Assembly (NCBI GenBank): GCA_963705305.1
Contig: OY970067.1
Coordinates: 832,001-896,000, forward strand
DNA: 64,000 bases
Direction: 5' to 3'
DNA from: an uncultured Methylomirabilota bacterium
GTDB taxonomy: Bacteria > Methylomirabilota > Methylomirabilia > Methylomirabilales > 2-02-FULL-66-22
Part shown: positions 1 to 10,972 of the stretch, in pieces
Layout: every line of letters begins with the position of its first letter
How positions within the stretch are numbered: the first letter of the stretch is position 1
Notes under the pieces: generated by a model
The model's database searches: none
The model's input: the letters and a program-made list of their open reading frames with translations, nothing else
What the model was told of the DNA's origin: nothing
Translations under genes and position numbers: made by a program

Positions 1-1
1 C

Positions 2-529
2 CTGGCCGCCACCCATCGGGACCTGGAGCAGGCCCTGCGGGACGGCGCCTTCCGCGAGGATCTCTACTACCGCCTCAACGTCGTGACCATCCAGATCCCG
101 CCCCTCCGCGAGCGGCGCGACGACATCCCCCCGCTCCTGGACCATTTCCTCCCGAAGTTCGCCCGGAAGAACCACCGCGAGGTGACCGGCCTCACCGCCG
201 CCGCGCGCGACGCCCTGCTCCGGTACGATTACCCCGGCAACGTGCGCGAGCTGGAGAATTTCGTGGAGCGGGCGGTGCTGCTGTGCCGGGGCCAGGTCAT
301 CGACCTGGGCGACCTCCCGGTGGCTGTCCGGCCCCGCGAGGGATCCGCGCCGGAGCCGGAGCCACGCAGCCTCCCGGAGGTCGTGGCGTCCATCGAGCGC
401 CAGGCCATCCGGGCCGCCCTGGACCGCCACGAAGGGGTGCAGACCCAGGCCGCCGAAGAGCTGGGGATCAGTGAGCGGGTCCTGCGCTACAAGATGAAGA
501 AGTACGGGCTGGAGGGCCGGTCCTTTTGA
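2..529 (+). CDS. Sigma54-dependent transcriptional regulator (NtrC family), 5'-truncated by window edge
   Basis: FREDLYYRLNV, IPPLRERRDDIP and YPGNVRELEN AAA+ motifs plus C-terminal Fis-type HTH (AAEELGISERVLRYKM). Confidence 0.93.
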   Translation: MAATHRDLEQALRDGAFREDLYYRLNVVTIQIPPLRERRDDIPPLLDHFLPKFARKNHREVTGLTAAARDALLRYDYPGNVRELENFVERAVLLCRGQVIDLGDLPVAVRPREGSAPEPEPRSLPEVVASIERQAIRAALDRHEGVQTQAAEELGISERVLRYKMKKYGLEGRSF

Positions 530-565
530 AGAAGCCGGCAGGCGGCGAGCCAGGCCCGTCCTTCG

Positions 566-1231
566 TCAGAAGGGGCTGTATTCGGCCCCCCCGTTCGGAC
601 GGCCGGTGATGTCCGCCAGGTATTCCTCTTCCTCCCGGAGATGTCGGTCCAAGCTGTCCGCGGACGGGGCTCGCTCGGCCCGCTCCAGCCAGAAGGCATT
701 CAACGCCGCGTCGATCGCCGCCGTGTGAATGCCGTCAACGTCGGCGTCCCGCCGGCAGGTCAGATACGCGACGATGGCCTTGGCCTCCTCCCGGCTGAAG
801 ACCGACAGACGGAAGCGGGCATGATCCTCGCAGGTGATCGCCCCGTAGCGCCGCGGATTCACCGGGACGGCCCCGCCGGCCCTGCGAACCACGACGCGGG
901 TTTTGGTCGGGACCCGCACCGACACCTCATGGAATCCGCCGGTCAGGTGGAAGAGCGGATCGGCCGACTTCAGCATCCCCAACAGATCCGCGACGAGGAA
1001 GGCGGGAAGGAAGAAGCGGAATCCCGCCTCGGAGAAGAAGCCGAGCGCGGAGGAATGGGCGTCCAGCAGATCCGCGCCGATCGCGCGCCAGTCCCGCTGC
1101 CCCCTGAAGGGGATGACCTCTTCGGCGGGCTCGCACCCTTCGGAGCTTCCCAGAAGAGAGGCGTCGCCCGGATACGGGGCTCCCTCGAAGGCCCGGCGGA
1201 TCTCCTCGATAACACCTTCCCTATCGGTCAT
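566..1231 (-). CDS. Hypothetical protein (DUF6714-like)
   Basis: 221-aa ORF overlapping the amidohydrolase stop; IRRAF..PYPGD and 'FFSEAGFRFFLPAFL' pattern. Confidence 0.55.
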   Translation of the reverse strand: MTDREGVIEEIRRAFEGAPYPGDASLLGSSEGCEPAEEVIPFRGQRDWRAIGADLLDAHSSALGFFSEAGFRFFLPAFLVADLLGMLKSADPLFHLTGGFHEVSVRVPTKTRVVVRRAGGAVPVNPRRYGAITCEDHARFRLSVFSREEAKAIVAYLTCRRDADVDGIHTAAIDAALNAFWLERAERAPSADSLDRHLREEEEYLADITGRPNGGAEYSPF

Positions 1232-2489
1232 AGCGGACCTCTCGCCAGGGCTCCGCCACCGCGCGGGTGTGCTCTACGCTCAATCTGCCGCGCTTCACCA
1301 CCAGCCGGGGCTGGGCCAGCGCCGTGATGATCTCCTCGACCCGCTGGGTCTCCCACACGACGAGGTCGGCCTGCGCCCCGACGCGCAGCCCGTAGTCTGC
1401 GAGGCGCAGGATCCGCGCCGGGTACTCAGTCAGCATCGCCAGAGCCTGCCGGATCTCCGCCGGCGTGCCCATGTGGGCGGCGACCGCCAGCAGGTATCCC
1501 ATCAGGGGCAGGTGGGCCGTCCCTACCGGCGTGAAGGCGTTCCGCACGTTGTTCGAGGCCGCAGCCACCGGCACCCCGGCTTCCAGCAGCCGCTTCACGG
1601 GCGCCAGGCCGCGGCGGATGTTCCGCACATCCTTTCGCCCCATCAGGTAGAGATCGGTGGCGGGCAGCACGATCACCCCGATCCCAGCCTCCCGCAGCCT
1701 GCCGGCGATGGCCTCCTGCTCCTCCGGCGGGAGGGCGGCCAGCTCCGTGACGTGCCCCACCGCCACCCGCCCCTGCCAGCCGTGTCGCAGGGTTCGCTCG
1801 GCGATCTCCCGCACGTGCAGGTGGGTGGGCTCGTCGAAGAAGTCCACGTGGAAGTCGGCGTCCACGTCGAAGCGGGCGGCCAGACGGAAGACGATGTCGA
1901 TCTGGGCGACGGGATCCGAGTCGTTGTACGGGCAGCCCCCCACCAGGTCGGCGCCCCCCTGGAGCGCCTCGACCAGGAGCGCCTCGGTGCCGGGCGCCTG
2001 GAGGATCCCCTCCTGGGCGAAGGCGCAGAGCTGGAGGTCCAGGGCCGCCGCGTATTCCCGCTTCAGGGGGAGCAGCGCCTCCAGGCCTTTGAGGCCGACG
2101 ATCGGGTCCACTTCCACGTGGCTTCGCATCGCGGTGGTCCCGCATTTCACGGCCATGTCCAGCACCGCGCGGGCCCGCGCCCGGATGTCCTCCACGGTGA
2201 AGTGACGCTTGGCCTCGCCGGTCACCCGGATGGCCTCCTGGAGCGTTCCCTCCGTCCCCGGGGCGCGCTCGGTGAGCAGCCCCTTGTCCAGGTGCAGGTG
2301 GGCCTCCACCAACCCCGGGGTCGCCGCCCGGCCGTCGCAGGCGATGAGGCGCTCGGCGGCGTGTTCGCCGGCTTCTCCAATCCAGGCGATGCGGCCCGCC
2401 CGGCAGCCGATATCGGCCAGGCTCCCGTCCGGGAGGCGGCAATCCTGCAGGAGAAGATCGAAGGGGTCGGGTTCCACCGGCTGGCTCAT
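1221..2489 (-). CDS. Metal-dependent amidohydrolase, cytosine deaminase-like
   Basis: PGLVEAHLHLDK (HxH), GTTAMRSHVEVD, DFHVD, VGHVT motifs. Confidence 0.88.
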   Translation of the reverse strand: MSQPVEPDPFDLLLQDCRLPDGSLADIGCRAGRIAWIGEAGEHAAERLIACDGRAATPGLVEAHLHLDKGLLTERAPGTEGTLQEAIRVTGEAKRHFTVEDIRARARAVLDMAVKCGTTAMRSHVEVDPIVGLKGLEALLPLKREYAAALDLQLCAFAQEGILQAPGTEALLVEALQGGADLVGGCPYNDSDPVAQIDIVFRLAARFDVDADFHVDFFDEPTHLHVREIAERTLRHGWQGRVAVGHVTELAALPPEEQEAIAGRLREAGIGVIVLPATDLYLMGRKDVRNIRRGLAPVKRLLEAGVPVAAASNNVRNAFTPVGTAHLPLMGYLLAVAAHMGTPAEIRQALAMLTEYPARILRLADYGLRVGAQADLVVWETQRVEEIITALAQPRLVVKRGRLSVEHTRAVAEPWREVRYDR

Positions 2490-2561
2490 CCGCTTCACCT
2501 TCCGTCAATTCGAAAAGACTCCTGACGCTCCCGGATCCGACGAAGGGTCCGGAGGAGACGC

Positions 2562-3794
2562 CTACCTGACCGCAAAAGCCTCCAGGGCCTGGATGAAGCA
2601 GGCGAGCGGCGCCCGGGCCACTCCCGCGCCGATCTGGCCGACGCCCGGCTGCCTGCTGGCGATGCCCGTATTGATCATGGGCGTGATTCCCGTCTCGACC
2701 ACACGCCGGATATCGATGCCCACGGGAGTGCCGCGCTCGTCCAGGGTGGGGATCTTGAAGTGGGGATGCTCCCCCAGGCAGATCTCCGCCATCTCCTCGG
2801 TGGCCTTCACCGCATCCCGGTACCCCCCCGCGCCGACGAAGCGGACGACGGCGGGGGAGGCCGCCATGGCGAATCCCCCCAGGCCGATGGTCTCCACGAT
2901 GGCCGAGTCGCCGATGTCGGGGTTGGCATCCTCCGGCCCGAAGCCCGGGAAATAGAGCCCCTTGGGCATCTCCACCGGCGCGCTGAACCACCGGTCGCCC
3001 AGGCCGGCCACGCGAATGCCGAAGTCCGTGCCGTTGCGCGCCATGGTCGCCACCAGGGTCGAGTCGGCGACGGTCAGGCAGGGATCGGTTGCGGCCTTCC
3101 CCGCCGCCATGGCCAGGTTCAGGAAGAACTGATCGTTGCCGGCCACAAAATCGAGCGCGCGCGCGACGGCCGCCGCATTCGAGCCCGCGCGGGCCACGTG
3201 GGCGGCCAGCGCGCGCAGCATGAGGCCGGACGCCGCCACGTTCCGCTGGTGCATGTCGTCGCCCATCCGGACGGCCTGCGCCATCAGGCCACGGAGATCG
3301 ATCCCGCCGCCCGCCCGGACGGCCGCCCCCAGGAGGGGGCCCGCCTCGTCCCGCAGCCAGCGGAGCCGCTCCAGCACGCTGTCGTCGTTGGCCCCGAACC
3401 GCAGCACCTTGCCCATCCCCTCGTTGATGGTCACGCAGGCGCGGTTGCCCTGGGCCCGATTTTCCACGATGAACACGGGCATGGACGGCGTGATGATTCC
3501 CGTCATCGGTCCGACCGCCCCATGGTGGTGGCACGGGCCCAGCCGTATTTTTCCCGTGCGGACGAGGTCCAGCGCCGCGGCGTCGTCCGGGGCCCAGCCC
3601 TCGTACCGGATGGCGCACAGGATCGCCGCCCGCATGGTGGCGCAGGCCTGCTCCCAATCGAGCGGCGGCCCCGCATGCAGGACCGTGCGCCCGCCGAGGT
3701 CCATCGCCTGCCCGGCGGGAAGGCAGTCCACCAGGACCGGGTGCCCCTGCACCAGACGCTCCAGCGCCGCCTGATTGGCCGCCTTGATGCTCAT
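2562..3794 (-). CDS. DUF1116 / YlbE (AllG-like oxamate carbamoyltransferase subunit) family protein
   Basis: LHAGPP, PCHHHGAVGPMTG, MGDDMHQRN, NDQFFLNL, MARNG, PDIGDSAIVE, INTGIA motifs. Confidence 0.85.
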   Translation of the reverse strand: MSIKAANQAALERLVQGHPVLVDCLPAGQAMDLGGRTVLHAGPPLDWEQACATMRAAILCAIRYEGWAPDDAAALDLVRTGKIRLGPCHHHGAVGPMTGIITPSMPVFIVENRAQGNRACVTINEGMGKVLRFGANDDSVLERLRWLRDEAGPLLGAAVRAGGGIDLRGLMAQAVRMGDDMHQRNVAASGLMLRALAAHVARAGSNAAAVARALDFVAGNDQFFLNLAMAAGKAATDPCLTVADSTLVATMARNGTDFGIRVAGLGDRWFSAPVEMPKGLYFPGFGPEDANPDIGDSAIVETIGLGGFAMAASPAVVRFVGAGGYRDAVKATEEMAEICLGEHPHFKIPTLDERGTPVGIDIRRVVETGITPMINTGIASRQPGVGQIGAGVARAPLACFIQALEAFAVR

Positions 3795-4567
3795 TCCGCT
3801 CCCTCGCGCCCGTTGGCTCTTCCTGATTCCCGTCCGGAGGGCCGCCGGGTTCGTCCCAGATAGGCCTGGATCACCGCGGGGTTCTGCCGGATGTCTGCGG
3901 ACGGCCCTTCCAGGGTGATGCGGCCGCGCTCCAGCACGTAGGCCCGGTCCGCGAGGGCCAGAGCCTGCGCGGCCATCTGCTCCACCAGCAGGATGGTGAG
4001 CCCCTCGCTCCGCAGGCGGCCGATGGCCTCGAAGATCTGCTGGATGAGCAGGGGGGAGAGGCCCAGCGAGGGCTCGTCCAGCAAGAGGACCCGCGGACGC
4101 GCCATGAGACCCCGGGCCAGCGCCAGCATCTGCTGCTGTCCCCCCGAGAGGCCGCCCGCCGGAAGCTCCAACCGCTCGCGCAAGGCCGGGAACAGGCCCA
4201 GGCCGCGCTCCAGATCCGCCGCCACGGCCGCCGGATCGCGGCCGTCCCGCCGCGCCAGCGCCCCCAGCAGCAGATTGTCCCGCACCGTCTGGTCGCCGAA
4301 GATGCCCCGGCCCTCCGGCACGAGGATCACCCCGCGTCGAGCGACCCAGTAGGACGGCCGGCCGCCGATGGGCTGGCCGTCCAGCAGGATGCGGCCGCCG
4401 GTCGGCGCGAGGACCCCGGCCAGAACTTTGAGCAGGGTCGTCTTGCCGGCGCCGTTGGCCCCGACGATGGCCACCGCCTCGCCCTCCCGCGCCTCCAGCG
4501 CCAGGTCGTGCAGGACGGGGACGGCGCCGTACCCCGCCGTGAGGCCGGTCACGCGTAGGACGCTCAC
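3791..4567 (-). CDS. Branched-chain amino acid-type ABC transporter ATPase (LivF-like)
   Basis: GANGAGKT Walker A, LSGGQQQM, LLLDEPSLGL; GTG start overlaps upstream stop. Confidence 0.92.
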   Translation of the reverse strand: MSVLRVTGLTAGYGAVPVLHDLALEAREGEAVAIVGANGAGKTTLLKVLAGVLAPTGGRILLDGQPIGGRPSYWVARRGVILVPEGRGIFGDQTVRDNLLLGALARRDGRDPAAVAADLERGLGLFPALRERLELPAGGLSGGQQQMLALARGLMARPRVLLLDEPSLGLSPLLIQQIFEAIGRLRSEGLTILLVEQMAAQALALADRAYVLERGRITLEGPSADIRQNPAVIQAYLGRTRRPSGRESGRANGREGAE

Positions 4568-6306
4568 GTGGCGGCCCCCAGGTACGCCTCGATCACGGCG
4601 GGGTCCCGCCGGACCACCTCCGGCGGCCCGCTGGCGATGACCCGCCCGTAATCCAGGACCGACACCTGATCGGAGACGGCCATGACCAGATCCATGTGGT
4701 GTTCCACCAGGACGATGGCCGGTCCACCCCGGTCGCGCAGGGCGGTCAGTTCGGCATCCAGCACCTCGATCTCGGCGGGGGACAGCCCCGCCGCCGGCTC
4801 GTCCAGGAGCAGCAGTCGGGGACGGGTGGCCAGCGCCCGGACGATTTCGAGCCGCCGCCGCAGGCCCGCAGGCAGCGACTCGGCCGGCCGATCCCCCCAC
4901 TCCGCCAGCCCCAGGCCCCGGACGAGGTCCCGGGCGCGGACCAGGAGGTCCCGCTCGCGGCGCCGGGCCGAGGGCGCCCCGACCAGGGCGGCCAGGACGC
5001 TCCCCAGGCGCCGCCCCGCCACGCCCACGGCCACGTTCTCTTGGACCGTGAGGTCGCCGAAGAGCTGGGCCGTCTGAAAGGTCCGCGCCACGCCGCGCCG
5101 GGCGATGGCGTACGGGGGGCGCCCGGCCACGGACTCTTCCCGCAGCCGGATGGCGCCGGCGTCCGGCGCATAGTATCCCGACAGCACGTTCAGCAGCGTG
5201 GTCTTCCCCGCCCCGTTGGGGCCGATGACGGCGTGAATCCCCCGGCTTGAAACCGTGAGGCTCACCCCCGCCAGCGCCGCCACCCCTCCGAAGGCGATGC
5301 TCGCCTCCTCCACGCGAAGGAGGGGCTGGTCGCCCGCCGGCAGGCCGGAGGCGCCGATCGCCTCCGCCGTCCCGGGCGCCGCCGCGGCCCCGGCAGGCGC
5401 GGGAGCGGACCGGCCGCGGAATGCCCGCGCGAACGCCCCCACCACGCCCGACGGCAGCCAATAGATCGAGACCAGGAGCAGGCTGCCGTACAGGATCAGG
5501 CGGTAGTCCTCGAGGCTCGTCAACAGCTCCGGCAGAACTGTCAGGACCAGGCTGCCGGCCACCGGGCCGCCAATCTCCCCCAGGCCGCCGAAGAGCAGCA
5601 CCAGCAGGAACACGATCGAGGTCTGGAGCGTGAAGCTGTCGGGCGAGACGTATCCGTTGAGGAAGGCGAAGAGTGCGCCGCCCGCCCCGGCGAACGCGGC
5701 CGAGACCGTGAAGGCCACGATGCGGACGTAGTAGGACGACAGCCCCAGCGACTCCGCCGCCACCTCGCTCCCCCGCACCGCCAGGAAGGCCCGCCCCCAG
5801 GCGGAGCGCCTCAGATTGGCCGTCAGCCACAGGGCCAGGGCCGCCGACCCGGCGATGATCCAGTACGAGCGCTCCAGGGAGAACTTGGGGATGTTGAAGA
5901 CGCCCCCGGGGCCGCCCGTCACCGAGACCCACTCGATCAGGACCCCTTCCACGATGATGCCGAAGGCGATCGTCACCATCGCCAGGTAGGGTCCCGAGAC
6001 GCGCAGGGCCGCCGCGGCCACGCCGGCCCCCACCAGGCTGCTGAGGAGAATGCCGAGCGCCGCCGCGGCCAGCGGGTGCCAGCCCAGTCTCGTCGCCGAC
6101 ACGGCCGCGGCGTAGGCGCCGATGGCGTAGAAGCCGGCGTGGCCGAGGGAGATCTGCCCGCTGAAGCCGACCAGGACGTTGAGGCCGGCGGTCACGATCA
6201 CCAGGAGGCCCACGCTGGCCGCGACATAGAGGTAGTACGTGTTGGCGGTGAGCAGGGGGAGGGCCACGGCGGCCAGCGCCAGGGCGCCCCAGCCGAGCTT
6301 GCCCAT
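4564..6306 (-). CDS. Fused ABC permease/ATPase (LivM-LivG-like)
   Basis: GQISLGHAGFYAIGAY permease region fused to GPNGAGKTT...LLLDEPAAGL ATPase. Confidence 0.92.
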   Translation of the reverse strand: MGKLGWGALALAAVALPLLTANTYYLYVAASVGLLVIVTAGLNVLVGFSGQISLGHAGFYAIGAYAAAVSATRLGWHPLAAAALGILLSSLVGAGVAAAALRVSGPYLAMVTIAFGIIVEGVLIEWVSVTGGPGGVFNIPKFSLERSYWIIAGSAALALWLTANLRRSAWGRAFLAVRGSEVAAESLGLSSYYVRIVAFTVSAAFAGAGGALFAFLNGYVSPDSFTLQTSIVFLLVLLFGGLGEIGGPVAGSLVLTVLPELLTSLEDYRLILYGSLLLVSIYWLPSGVVGAFARAFRGRSAPAPAGAAAAPGTAEAIGASGLPAGDQPLLRVEEASIAFGGVAALAGVSLTVSSRGIHAVIGPNGAGKTTLLNVLSGYYAPDAGAIRLREESVAGRPPYAIARRGVARTFQTAQLFGDLTVQENVAVGVAGRRLGSVLAALVGAPSARRRERDLLVRARDLVRGLGLAEWGDRPAESLPAGLRRRLEIVRALATRPRLLLLDEPAAGLSPAEIEVLDAELTALRDRGGPAIVLVEHHMDLVMAVSDQVSVLDYGRVIASGPPEVVRRDPAVIEAYLGAAT

Positions 6307-7175
6307 CAGACGCGCCTCGCCGGGCGGGCGCCCAAGAGCCCCCACGGGCGGACCACCAAAACTAGGATCACCAGGCCGAACCCCACGATCTCCCGCACCC
6401 CGGTGGAGATGTAGCCGGACACCAGGGACTCCACCAGGCCGTAGCCCAGCCCGGCCACCACGATCCCCGGCGCCGAGGTCAGGCCGCCGATGATGGCCAC
6501 GGCAAAGGCCTTGAGGCCGATGATCGTCCCCATGGTGGCGGCCACGTTCAGGATCGGCGCCAGGAGGATCCCCGCCACGCCCGCCAGCAGGGCGGACAGC
6601 GCGTAGGCGGACATCACAGCGCGGGGAATGTGGATCCCCATCAGGCCCGCCGCCTCGGGATTGAAGGCCACGGCCTTGAGCTGCTTGCCGTAGGGGGTGT
6701 GGTGGTAGAAGAACTGGACGGCTCCCATGAGCAGCAGGCCGACGACGGGGATGAGCAGCTCCTGCGGGTAGAAGCCGGCCCCGCCCAACAGGATGGGCCG
6801 CTGGGTCAGGGCCGACGGAAAGGCGCGGGCGTCCTTCCCGAAGAGCAGCATGGCCGCGTTCTCGGCGATGATGCCGCAGGCGATCGTGGAGAGCAGCCAG
6901 GCCAGGGAGGCGGTGCGGAAGAAGGGCCGCACCGCCACCCGCTCGATGAGGATCCCCAGGCCCGCCAGGACCACCAGCGTCGCCAGACAGGACGGCAGGA
7001 ACGGCCAGCCCAGCCCCACGAAGAAGGCGTACGCCACCACCGCCCCGGCCATGACCGACTGCCCCTGGGAGAAGTTCATGGTGCGGCTGGTGACCCAGGT
7101 GATCTGGTATCCCAGGGCCACCAGCCCGTACATGCTTCCCAGGGCGATGCCGGTGACGATGAGCTGGACGAGCAC
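6306..7175 (-). CDS. ABC permease (LivH-like)
   Basis: GSMYGLVALG, hydrophobic helices, KAFAVAIIGG. Confidence 0.92.
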   Translation of the reverse strand: MLVQLIVTGIALGSMYGLVALGYQITWVTSRTMNFSQGQSVMAGAVVAYAFFVGLGWPFLPSCLATLVVLAGLGILIERVAVRPFFRTASLAWLLSTIACGIIAENAAMLLFGKDARAFPSALTQRPILLGGAGFYPQELLIPVVGLLLMGAVQFFYHHTPYGKQLKAVAFNPEAAGLMGIHIPRAVMSAYALSALLAGVAGILLAPILNVAATMGTIIGLKAFAVAIIGGLTSAPGIVVAGLGYGLVESLVSGYISTGVREIVGFGLVILVLVVRPWGLLGARPARRV

Positions 7176-7176
7176 C

Positions 7177-8355
7177 CTACTGCATTCCGACGGGAACGAT
7201 CTTCCCGTGTTTCCAGACCACCATGATGTAGTCGTTGTCGGTCAGGGCGTCGTGCTGCTCGGCCGTGAAGGGCGGGTGGTAGGTCTTGACCAGCCCCACG
7301 TACTCCGCCTTGAGGCTTTCCAGGGCGTCGCGAACTTTGGGCCCCTCCGTGGAGCCCGCCTGCTGTATTGCCAGCGCCACGAGGTGCATGCCGTCGTAGG
7401 CGTCGGCCGTCCCCACGGGGGCGATGACGTCCTCCGGCCCCTTCACGCTGTACTTGTCCTTGAGGGCTTTGAGGACGGCCTGGCCGCGGGCGTTCTGCTT
7501 GCCGAAGAACGAGTAGGTCTGGAGGAACGCCACACCGTCCGAGAGGTCACCTGTCAGCTCGGCGAAGTGGCCGCCGGAGATTCCCCAGTGGGACACCATG
7601 GGGACGTTCCAGCCGATCTTGGCGCGCGACTTCACCACCTGGGCCCCCTCGGGGGCGTTGGCCACCAGGATCACCACGTCCGCCCCGGCCTCCTTCAGCC
7701 GCAGCAGCTGCGGGCTCATATCGGGATCGCCCCAGTTGAACTTCTCGATGCCCACCGGCTTCACGCCCTTCTCCCCCAGCCACTTGAGCAGGCCGACCTG
7801 GTTGGACTGTCCCCAGGCCGTGTTCTCCAGCAGCAGGCCGGGGTGCTGCTTCTTCAAGGTCTCCAGGGCGTAGCGGGTCAGAAACTTGTCCGCGTAGTCG
7901 TCGTTGGCCGAGACGCGGAAGGCGTAGTTGGGCTTCTGGCCGTTTTGCGTCACGTTGGTGGCCGCCGCCCAGGGGTCCATGTAGGGCGTCTTCAGCTCTT
8001 GCCAGACCGGGACCTCGGCCAGCGCCACGGTGGAGTGCAGGCCGCCGAAGACCACCACGGCCTTCTCCCGCTCGATCAGCTCGCGGGCGATGGTCACCCC
8101 TTTGGCCGGGTTCCCCTCATCGTCCCGGATCACCAGCTCCAGCTTGCGGCCCTGGAGCAACCCGCCCTGGGCGTTGATCTCGTCCATCGCTATCTGGATG
8201 CCCCGCTTGATCGCCTCCCCCGAGGTGGCGGAGCCGCCGGACATGGCCGCCGCCAGGCCGATCTTGATCGGCTCCTGGGCCCGGGCCGGGGCCGATGGGA
8301 GGAACGAGACCAGCGCGGCCAGCCAGACGATCAGCACTACCGAAACGCGTCGCAT
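7177..8355 (-). CDS. ABC substrate-binding protein (LivJ/K family)
   Basis: Signal peptide, PIKIG, EINAQGGLLQGRKLELVIRDD. Confidence 0.92.
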   Translation of the reverse strand: MRRVSVVLIVWLAALVSFLPSAPARAQEPIKIGLAAAMSGGSATSGEAIKRGIQIAMDEINAQGGLLQGRKLELVIRDDEGNPAKGVTIARELIEREKAVVVFGGLHSTVALAEVPVWQELKTPYMDPWAAATNVTQNGQKPNYAFRVSANDDYADKFLTRYALETLKKQHPGLLLENTAWGQSNQVGLLKWLGEKGVKPVGIEKFNWGDPDMSPQLLRLKEAGADVVILVANAPEGAQVVKSRAKIGWNVPMVSHWGISGGHFAELTGDLSDGVAFLQTYSFFGKQNARGQAVLKALKDKYSVKGPEDVIAPVGTADAYDGMHLVALAIQQAGSTEGPKVRDALESLKAEYVGLVKTYHPPFTAEQHDALTDNDYIMVVWKHGKIVPVGMQ

Positions 8356-8512
8356 CAAAGCCTCCTTGGCGGGATGGCACCCGCAACCACAACACCCCCC
8401 AGGTGAGTCACACCGGCGATTTCTCGAAGGCAGGCGCACGACCGGAGTGGCTGTCTATTTACCACGAATAGCGCAAAAAGGAAATCATCTCGGTGGCGGG
8501 TTCGCGGCCCCC

Positions 8513-10102
8513 TCAATACGCCGCCACCACCCCGTCGCCGCGCGGATCCGCGGCGCCCTCGATCACGCCTGAGGGGTGCCGGACCAGCGCGCCGGCATGC
8601 CCCATGAGATCGCTGAAGTCGGCCATCACCTCGACGTCGTGCCCCGCGTGGCGCAACGCCTCCAGCAGGCCCGGCGCGAAGCGATTCTCCACCTTGAGGG
8701 TGGTGCTGGCCTGCCCCCACGTCCGGCCCAACAGCCAGCGCGGGGCGGTCACGGCGGCCTGAAGCTCCTGACCGAAGAGGACGTGGCGGCTGAACACGGC
8801 CGCCTGCGTCTGGGGTTGGCCCTCGCCCCCCATCGTCCCATACACCATGAGGCGGCCGTCCGCCAGGCGGGCCATGGCGGGGTTGAGGGTGTGGAACGGC
8901 TTGCGGCCGGGCCGCAGGACGTTCAGCGCTCCCTCCGCCAGGGAGAAGCTCATCCCCCGGTTCTGCCAGAGCACCCCCGTATCCGCCAGGACGACCCCCG
9001 AGCCGAACTCCCAGTAGATGCTCTGGATCAGGCTGACGGCCCGCCCCTCCCCGTCGATGACCCCCAGCCACACCGTGTCTCCGCCTTGGGCGGCAGCCGG
9101 CCAGGGGGCGGCCCTGTCCGGCCGGATGCGGCCGGCCATCTCCGCCAGCGCCGGCTCCGTCAGGTAGGCGGCGGGGTCCTCCCGCATGGAGGCGGGATCC
9201 GTGATGATGCGGTCGCGCACCAGGAATGCCTGCTTGGTGGCCTCGACCAGACCGTGGAGGTGCGCGAACCCTTCCGCCTCTTGGCAGCCCAGCCGGTCGA
9301 ATATGCCGAGGATGATCAGCGAGGCCAGCCCCTGGGTGGGCGGGGGCAGGTTGAAGACCGTGCCGCGCGCGAGGGAAACCGAGAGAGGCTTCGTCGCCAC
9401 GGCCCGGTGTGCCGCCAGATCCGCTGCCGTCACCGGACTCCCGACCCGGTGGAGCTCCGCGGCCACGGCCGCACCGATCTCTCCCCGGTAAAAGTCGTCC
9501 AGCCCGGCGTGGGCCAAGCGTTCCAGGGTGTCCGCCAGCCTGGGCTGCCGGAAGACGGATCCGGAGAGCGGCGGCTGACCGGCGGCCAGGAACTGGCCGG
9601 CAAAACCGGGCATCGCCTGGAGGCCCTCCAGCTTGGCCACCGTCAACCGGTGCTGGCTCCGGGTGAGCGGCACCCCCGCTCGCGCGTATTCGATCGCATC
9701 GGCGAGGAGCCGGGTCATGGGCAGGCGCCCTCCCCAGCGGCGGCCGATCTCGAGGGCGGCCTGCCAGCCCGAGACCGCTCCCGCCACGGTATTCGCAGCC
9801 AGGGGGCCCCGGGGAGGTATCGCGTCCAGTCCGTGACTCCGAAACAGCTCAACCGTTGCCTTCGCACCGGCCCCTCCGCAGGCCAGGATGCCGACCGGGT
9901 CCCGTCCCGGCTCGGCGATCAACCAGAAGTTGTCCCCGCCGACGCCGTTCATGTGCGGGTAGGCCACGGCCACGCTGGACGCGGACGCCAGCATGGCCTC
10001 GACGGCGTTGCCGCCCTCCCGGAGCACGGCCAGTCCCGCCTGCGCCGCGAGGTGGTGCGGCGCCACCACCATGCCGCGCATGGCTCTGGGTGTCTGAAGC
10101 AT
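8513..10102 (-). CDS. Gamma-glutamyltransferase family protein, oxamate amidohydrolase (HpxW)-like
   Basis: [29 protein letters not shown] (Thr nucleophile), [37 protein letters not shown] preceded by GAGGAG. Confidence 0.9.
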   Translation of the reverse strand: MLQTPRAMRGMVVAPHHLAAQAGLAVLREGGNAVEAMLASASSVAVAYPHMNGVGGDNFWLIAEPGRDPVGILACGGAGAKATVELFRSHGLDAIPPRGPLAANTVAGAVSGWQAALEIGRRWGGRLPMTRLLADAIEYARAGVPLTRSQHRLTVAKLEGLQAMPGFAGQFLAAGQPPLSGSVFRQPRLADTLERLAHAGLDDFYRGEIGAAVAAELHRVGSPVTAADLAAHRAVATKPLSVSLARGTVFNLPPPTQGLASLIILGIFDRLGCQEAEGFAHLHGLVEATKQAFLVRDRIITDPASMREDPAAYLTEPALAEMAGRIRPDRAAPWPAAAQGGDTVWLGVIDGEGRAVSLIQSIYWEFGSGVVLADTGVLWQNRGMSFSLAEGALNVLRPGRKPFHTLNPAMARLADGRLMVYGTMGGEGQPQTQAAVFSRHVLFGQELQAAVTAPRWLLGRTWGQASTTLKVENRFAPGLLEALRHAGHDVEVMADFSDLMGHAGALVRHPSGVIEGAADPRGDGVVAAY

Positions 10103-10354
10103 GGAGCACTCCTCTCGATTACGAGAGAGAAACCGGTGGGGAACCGTCCGTTCGCAGGCCGCGTGTCCCGACACGCCGCTCCGAGGATCGCCGCGACGGC
10201 TGCCGGCTGTCAAGTCGGAGCCCGGCGAAGGTACGCTGCGGAAAACCTTCCTCTCCTGAAATCTTATTGCCAGAGGACGCTCCGCCGGATAGGATGCGCT
10301 CCCGGCATCGACGCTCCCGCCCCTGGAGCGAGACGGCCGAGAAGAGGAGTCGCC

Positions 10355-10972
10355 ATGACAAAGACGCTTGCCGGAATCGGAGCACTGTTCGCCTTTCTCG
10401 TCGTCCTGACGGGACCGGCCGCCACAGCCCAAAAGGAGAAGCAGACCATGCAGGGACCCCTCTACGCCACCTTCAAGACGAGCATGGGCGACATCGTGGT
10501 GCGCCTGTTCGAGGACAAGGCCCCCAAGACCGTCGAGAACTTCGTGGGCCTGGCTACGGGAACGAAGGAGTGGACCGATCCCAAGACGGGCCAGAAGGTC
10601 AAGCGGCCCCTGTACAACGGAACGATCTTCCATCGGGTCATCCCGAATTTCATGATTCAGGGCGGCGATCCCCTGGGAACGGGGCGGGGCGGACCGGGCT
10701 ATCGTTTTGCCGATGAATTCAATCCGGAGCTCCGCCACAACAAGGCGGGGATCCTGTCCATGGCCAATGCCGGCCCCAACACCAACGGCAGCCAGTTCTT
10801 TATCACCCTGGCCCCGACGCCGCACCTCGATGACCACCATTCGGTCTTCGGCGAGGTTGTCAAGGGGCAGGATGTCGTCGTCGCCATCGGCAACGTTCCC
10901 CGCGACCGGAACGACCGCCCCCTCAAAGACGTGGTCCTGAAGGAAGTCACCATCTCGCGGGGAAGCTACTAG
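10355..10972 (+). CDS. Cyclophilin-type peptidyl-prolyl cis-trans isomerase with N-terminal signal peptide
   Basis: [49 protein letters not shown]. Confidence 0.96.
   Translation: MTKTLAGIGALFAFLVVLTGPAATAQKEKQTMQGPLYATFKTSMGDIVVRLFEDKAPKTVENFVGLATGTKEWTDPKTGQKVKRPLYNGTIFHRVIPNFMIQGGDPLGTGRGGPGYRFADEFNPELRHNKAGILSMANAGPNTNGSQFFITLAPTPHLDDHHSVFGEVVKGQDVVVAIGNVPRDRNDRPLKDVVLKEVTISRGSY

Noticed and set aside
8576..10354. Long N-terminal extension of the cyclophilin ORF, and the extension of the GGT ORF to 11263
   Set aside because: Each is antisense to the other real gene; true starts with RBS are at 10355 and 10102
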